A stretch of DNA of 64,000 nt, taken from positions 15,500,001 to 15,564,000 of the forward strand of contig NC_058369.1 in NCBI RefSeq assembly GCF_018350175.1, written 5' to 3'. The notes under the pieces were generated by a model that saw only the letters and a program-made list of their open reading frames with translations, made no database searches and had not been told where the DNA came from. This document shows, piece by piece, positions 61,292-64,000 of this stretch. The translations under genes and the position numbers were made by a program. The stretch comes from Felis catus (lineage: Eukaryota). Within the stretch, counting starts at the first letter, position 1. Every line of letters begins with the position of its first letter.

Positions 61292-61371
61292 TTAGGTTAG
61301 ACCATATGGAATTGCCAGTAATTGATCATTTTTGACCAATAAAAACGATAATTTCATATAGTTCAGCCTAA
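61292..61371. mobile_element. MADE2-like mariner MITE (80 bp)
   Basis: TTAGGTTAGACCATATGGAATTGCC..ATAATTTCATATAGTTCAGCCTAA: imperfect terminal inverted repeats and full consensus length. Confidence 0.85.
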
Positions 61372-61524
61372 ATCAGTATTTTAGTTGGCTCTTCTAAGAT
61401 ATTATATTCTGATCTAGTAAAATCGTATGTGGGCTTGGATGCAAATTTAGATGTAAGCTAAGCAATCGTGAAATTTGGCTTGTAACCACAGAGGCTGTTG
61501 CTTTTAGAAGGAGTTGCTCTGTCA

Positions 61525-63050
61525 CATTCTCCATCTGTTTATCAAATGTCTTGGGATGCCTGCTGTGTACCAGGCACTGTACCAGCCAGTGGGGACACAG
61601 AGGGAAAGGGACGGCCCCTCGTGGGAGCCTGCAGTCTCCTGGGGAAGCACAAGTCCGGGCAGTCACAGAACAAGGAACCATAGCTGTCATGGAGCCACGT
61701 ACCAAAATGGGGTGGCTTCCGAGGGAAACGTGGGTCTCCCTGGGTCTGGGGGAGTTGGGGAGGACTGCAGAGGAAGGTACTCTTGAGCGGATGCTGAATT
61801 GCTGAATAGGCCTTGTTGGTCAGGGGACAGCGGGAGAGGGAGGCTTCCAGGCGGGGATGGTGGCGGTACTGTTGCGAAACTGAGAGGGAAGCCATCTCAC
61901 GTGTTGGGAAGTGAACTTGTCAGCTACTCAGACTCCGTTAAAGTCAACGCAGGAAATCGTGAAAGTGACAAATGAGCCATATAGACCTTAAACATTGTAT
62001 CTAACTTAAAACGTAAAATTTTACCCTGGTCGATTTTTTGATATAGGACTATAAGCTTTTCTTCATTTGGGCTTCCTCGATTCCCGCGTAAAGTACATCC
62101 TTAACACTTTCCAGTTTGAGTCTGTAAAGATTCGGACACCCGCAGAGTGATCTGTTGGCAGAATCCTGTAGATTCTGTTTCTCTACCTGCCGCTCCTCTG
62201 GATCCAACAGCAGCATTATTTTAGCAGCTTGCCTTTTACCACTTTCAATTCCATATCGTTCAGCCGTACATATGTAAAAAGTAGTTTGTTCTTAAGCCCT
62301 ATTTCCTTGATGTGTAAGACATTTAGTTAATTTTGTAACGATGAATAACAGGTACAGCGGGCACACGGCGATTGGGGCACACGCCTGAACCTGGGAGGTG
62401 TGTGCTGAGCGAGGCTGAGGGCGGCTGACTGCCAGAGCCCCCCCCCCCACCCCCACCCCCTACCTCCCGGGGACTCGGTTGTAGAGGGGCAGGGACAGTG
62501 CCAGTGCTGTGTTGTGTAAAGAGAATGGAGAGAATCGGTTAATCCACTGTGTTGCTGAGGGGACCTCTTCTGCATTTATCGTTTGAAAGAGTGGCCAGAG
62601 ATGCCCTCAGGGAGTTGACGGAGGGGCTGGCGGAGGTTTGTTCTTCAGGGGACAGCGAGCCACTGAAGGATTCCCAGCAGCCAGGAGACGGGTCCCATTG
62701 GAGAGCTCCTGCCCGGCAGCATGCGGAGGGAAGGGTGGGGAGGGCAAGGCTGAGGCTGGAGGTGGGGTGGGGGAGGCTGTTGTGGTAGTTAGATTGGAGT
62801 CAAGTGTTGGCCAGGGCAGTGGGAGCAGAGATGCAGGAGATAGGGTGGATTTGGAAGATTTAGGAGGACTTGGCAGTTGACTACAGGTAAGAGAAGGACA
62901 GATTCCAGAGGACGCGTGGGTTTTTCTCTGGGCCCGCATCACTGGCCTGAGCTGGGGAGACCTGAGATACCCCGAGGAGGGGCGGATTTGAGGGGAGGTT
63001 CTGCTTGGCCAGTCAACGAGACCTGCGTGTAGCCACCAGGTGGAGACATA
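61525..63050 (-). mobile_element. L2 fragments, antisense (about 61525-61920 and 62340-63050)
   Basis: TGCCTGCTGTGTACCAGGCACTGT, GAGCCACTGAAGG, GGAGGCTGTTGTGGTAGT, TGGCCTGAGC purine-rich L2 pattern. Confidence 0.6.
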
Positions 63051-63128
63051 GATCGTTTCATAGTTTTCTCTCCATAGAAACTCAGGTTGGCAGGAGACAT
63101 TTTATTAATTTTAAATCTTCTCTCTCAG

Positions 63129-63188
63129 GCAGATCAGCGGTTTGTATGGAATGGTCATCTTCTAAGAGAACTTTCTGCGCAGCCAGAG
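63129..63188 (+). CDS. SACM1L: SACM1L exon 6: [20 protein letters not shown] (gene continues beyond the window)
   Basis: CTCAG acceptor, GTGAGG donor, 60 nt; Sac-domain RFVWN motif. Confidence 0.97.
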
Positions 63189-64000
63189 GTGAGGTCTGCT
63201 AGATAAAACCTGCTTGTCGTAGTCCAAGTTTTAATTGAATACGTATTACAAAATGGCGGCCTAATCACCAGGGATTTTGGTAAACACTTCTCATTGAACT
63301 CACTTTATAACTTACAACCTTTGACAGGTCTACCCCCTCCCATTTTCTGGTTTGAAGAAGCCCAGTTAATTTACTCTGATCTCCTACAGAAGCCTTAAAA
63401 GAGAAAAAATACTTGCATAAAAATGCATTGCTTTCTATGAGTAAGGAGAGAGAGAGAGAGAATGGGCCTCGGTGGGTGAGTGATGGGAAGTGAGGGGCCC
63501 CAGGAGGTCCCTGGGAAAGTGAGAGCTCTGCGTTGGCCTTCAGTCATCCAGGAGAGACACGCACAGATGTCACCTTCCTCTGTCCTTCGTTCGTGCACAT
63601 GCGGCGTGAACAGGGAAGCCCAGCCAGGAAGCGTAGCATATTGAATCTGGGTACATGGGTTTGCCCAGTGTCTTTACTTCTTGGCATTTGCTGTGCTTTT
63701 TTGGAAGAGGCGTATGAGCTTCCAGCAGTTAGCAGGGGTGTCTCTTTTCCCTGGAGCAGTCGAGTCGTCCTCAGCAAAGAGGACGGGAAGGGGGATAAAC
63801 CTCCTGCAGCTTCACGTAGCTTTTAGCGTTCCAGAATCTGAACACTTAGGCCCAAATGATCGTATCACGTTCTTAAACGTTTTTAATTGAAAAGACAAGG
63901 GGACATCAGAGACATTTTTTTTTTCTTTAAATAGAAAGTTATCCATAAGCTTCATACCTGGTTGTATTTGCATGTTACCTCCGTGACGTGCAAATATTTT

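Noticed and set aside
70-63890. Several hundred ORFs in the six-frame track, including the 214-246 aa ORFs at 1578-3426
   Set aside because: No recognisable domains; they arise from GC-rich sequence, the N gap or repeats. Only those overlapping true exons contain real coding sequence.

Overview
Mammalian genomic DNA, almost certainly from a felid: about 50 tRNA-derived Can-SINE/SINEC_Fc-type copies are present, and there is one 146-N assembly gap. Two protein-coding genes lie in tandem on the + strand. The first is the 3' part of LIMD1: the last six coding exons (17096-27243), encoding most of the three LIM domains, then a ~3.6 kb 3'UTR ending near 30.85 kb. The second is the 5' part of SACM1L, the SAC1 PI4P phosphatase (exons 1-6, 36974-63188). 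An intact tRNA-Arg(ACG) gene on the - strand (36494-36566) lies head-to-head with SACM1L in the same CpG island. The rest is intronic or intergenic sequence full of SINEs, old L1/L2/MIR fragments, MaLR/ERVL LTRs and DNA-transposon fossils (MER3, MER33, MER5, Tigger, MADE2). Almost all ORFs in the supplied track are spurious. I cannot demonstrate a new biological system from sequence alone. The best leads are regulatory: (1) a perfect five-unit heat-shock element plus a second HSE in LIMD1 intron 2; (2) ERSE-like and UPRE motifs around the shared tRNA/SACM1L promoter; (3) a SACM1L exon 3-4 junction that rebuilds a 5' splice site (recursive-splicing candidate) next to a (GGGGA)n tract; (4) a perfect splice donor inside the LIMD1 3'UTR. 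Repeat family names are from memory of consensus sequences, repeat boundaries are approximate, and exon numbers follow the human genes as recalled.
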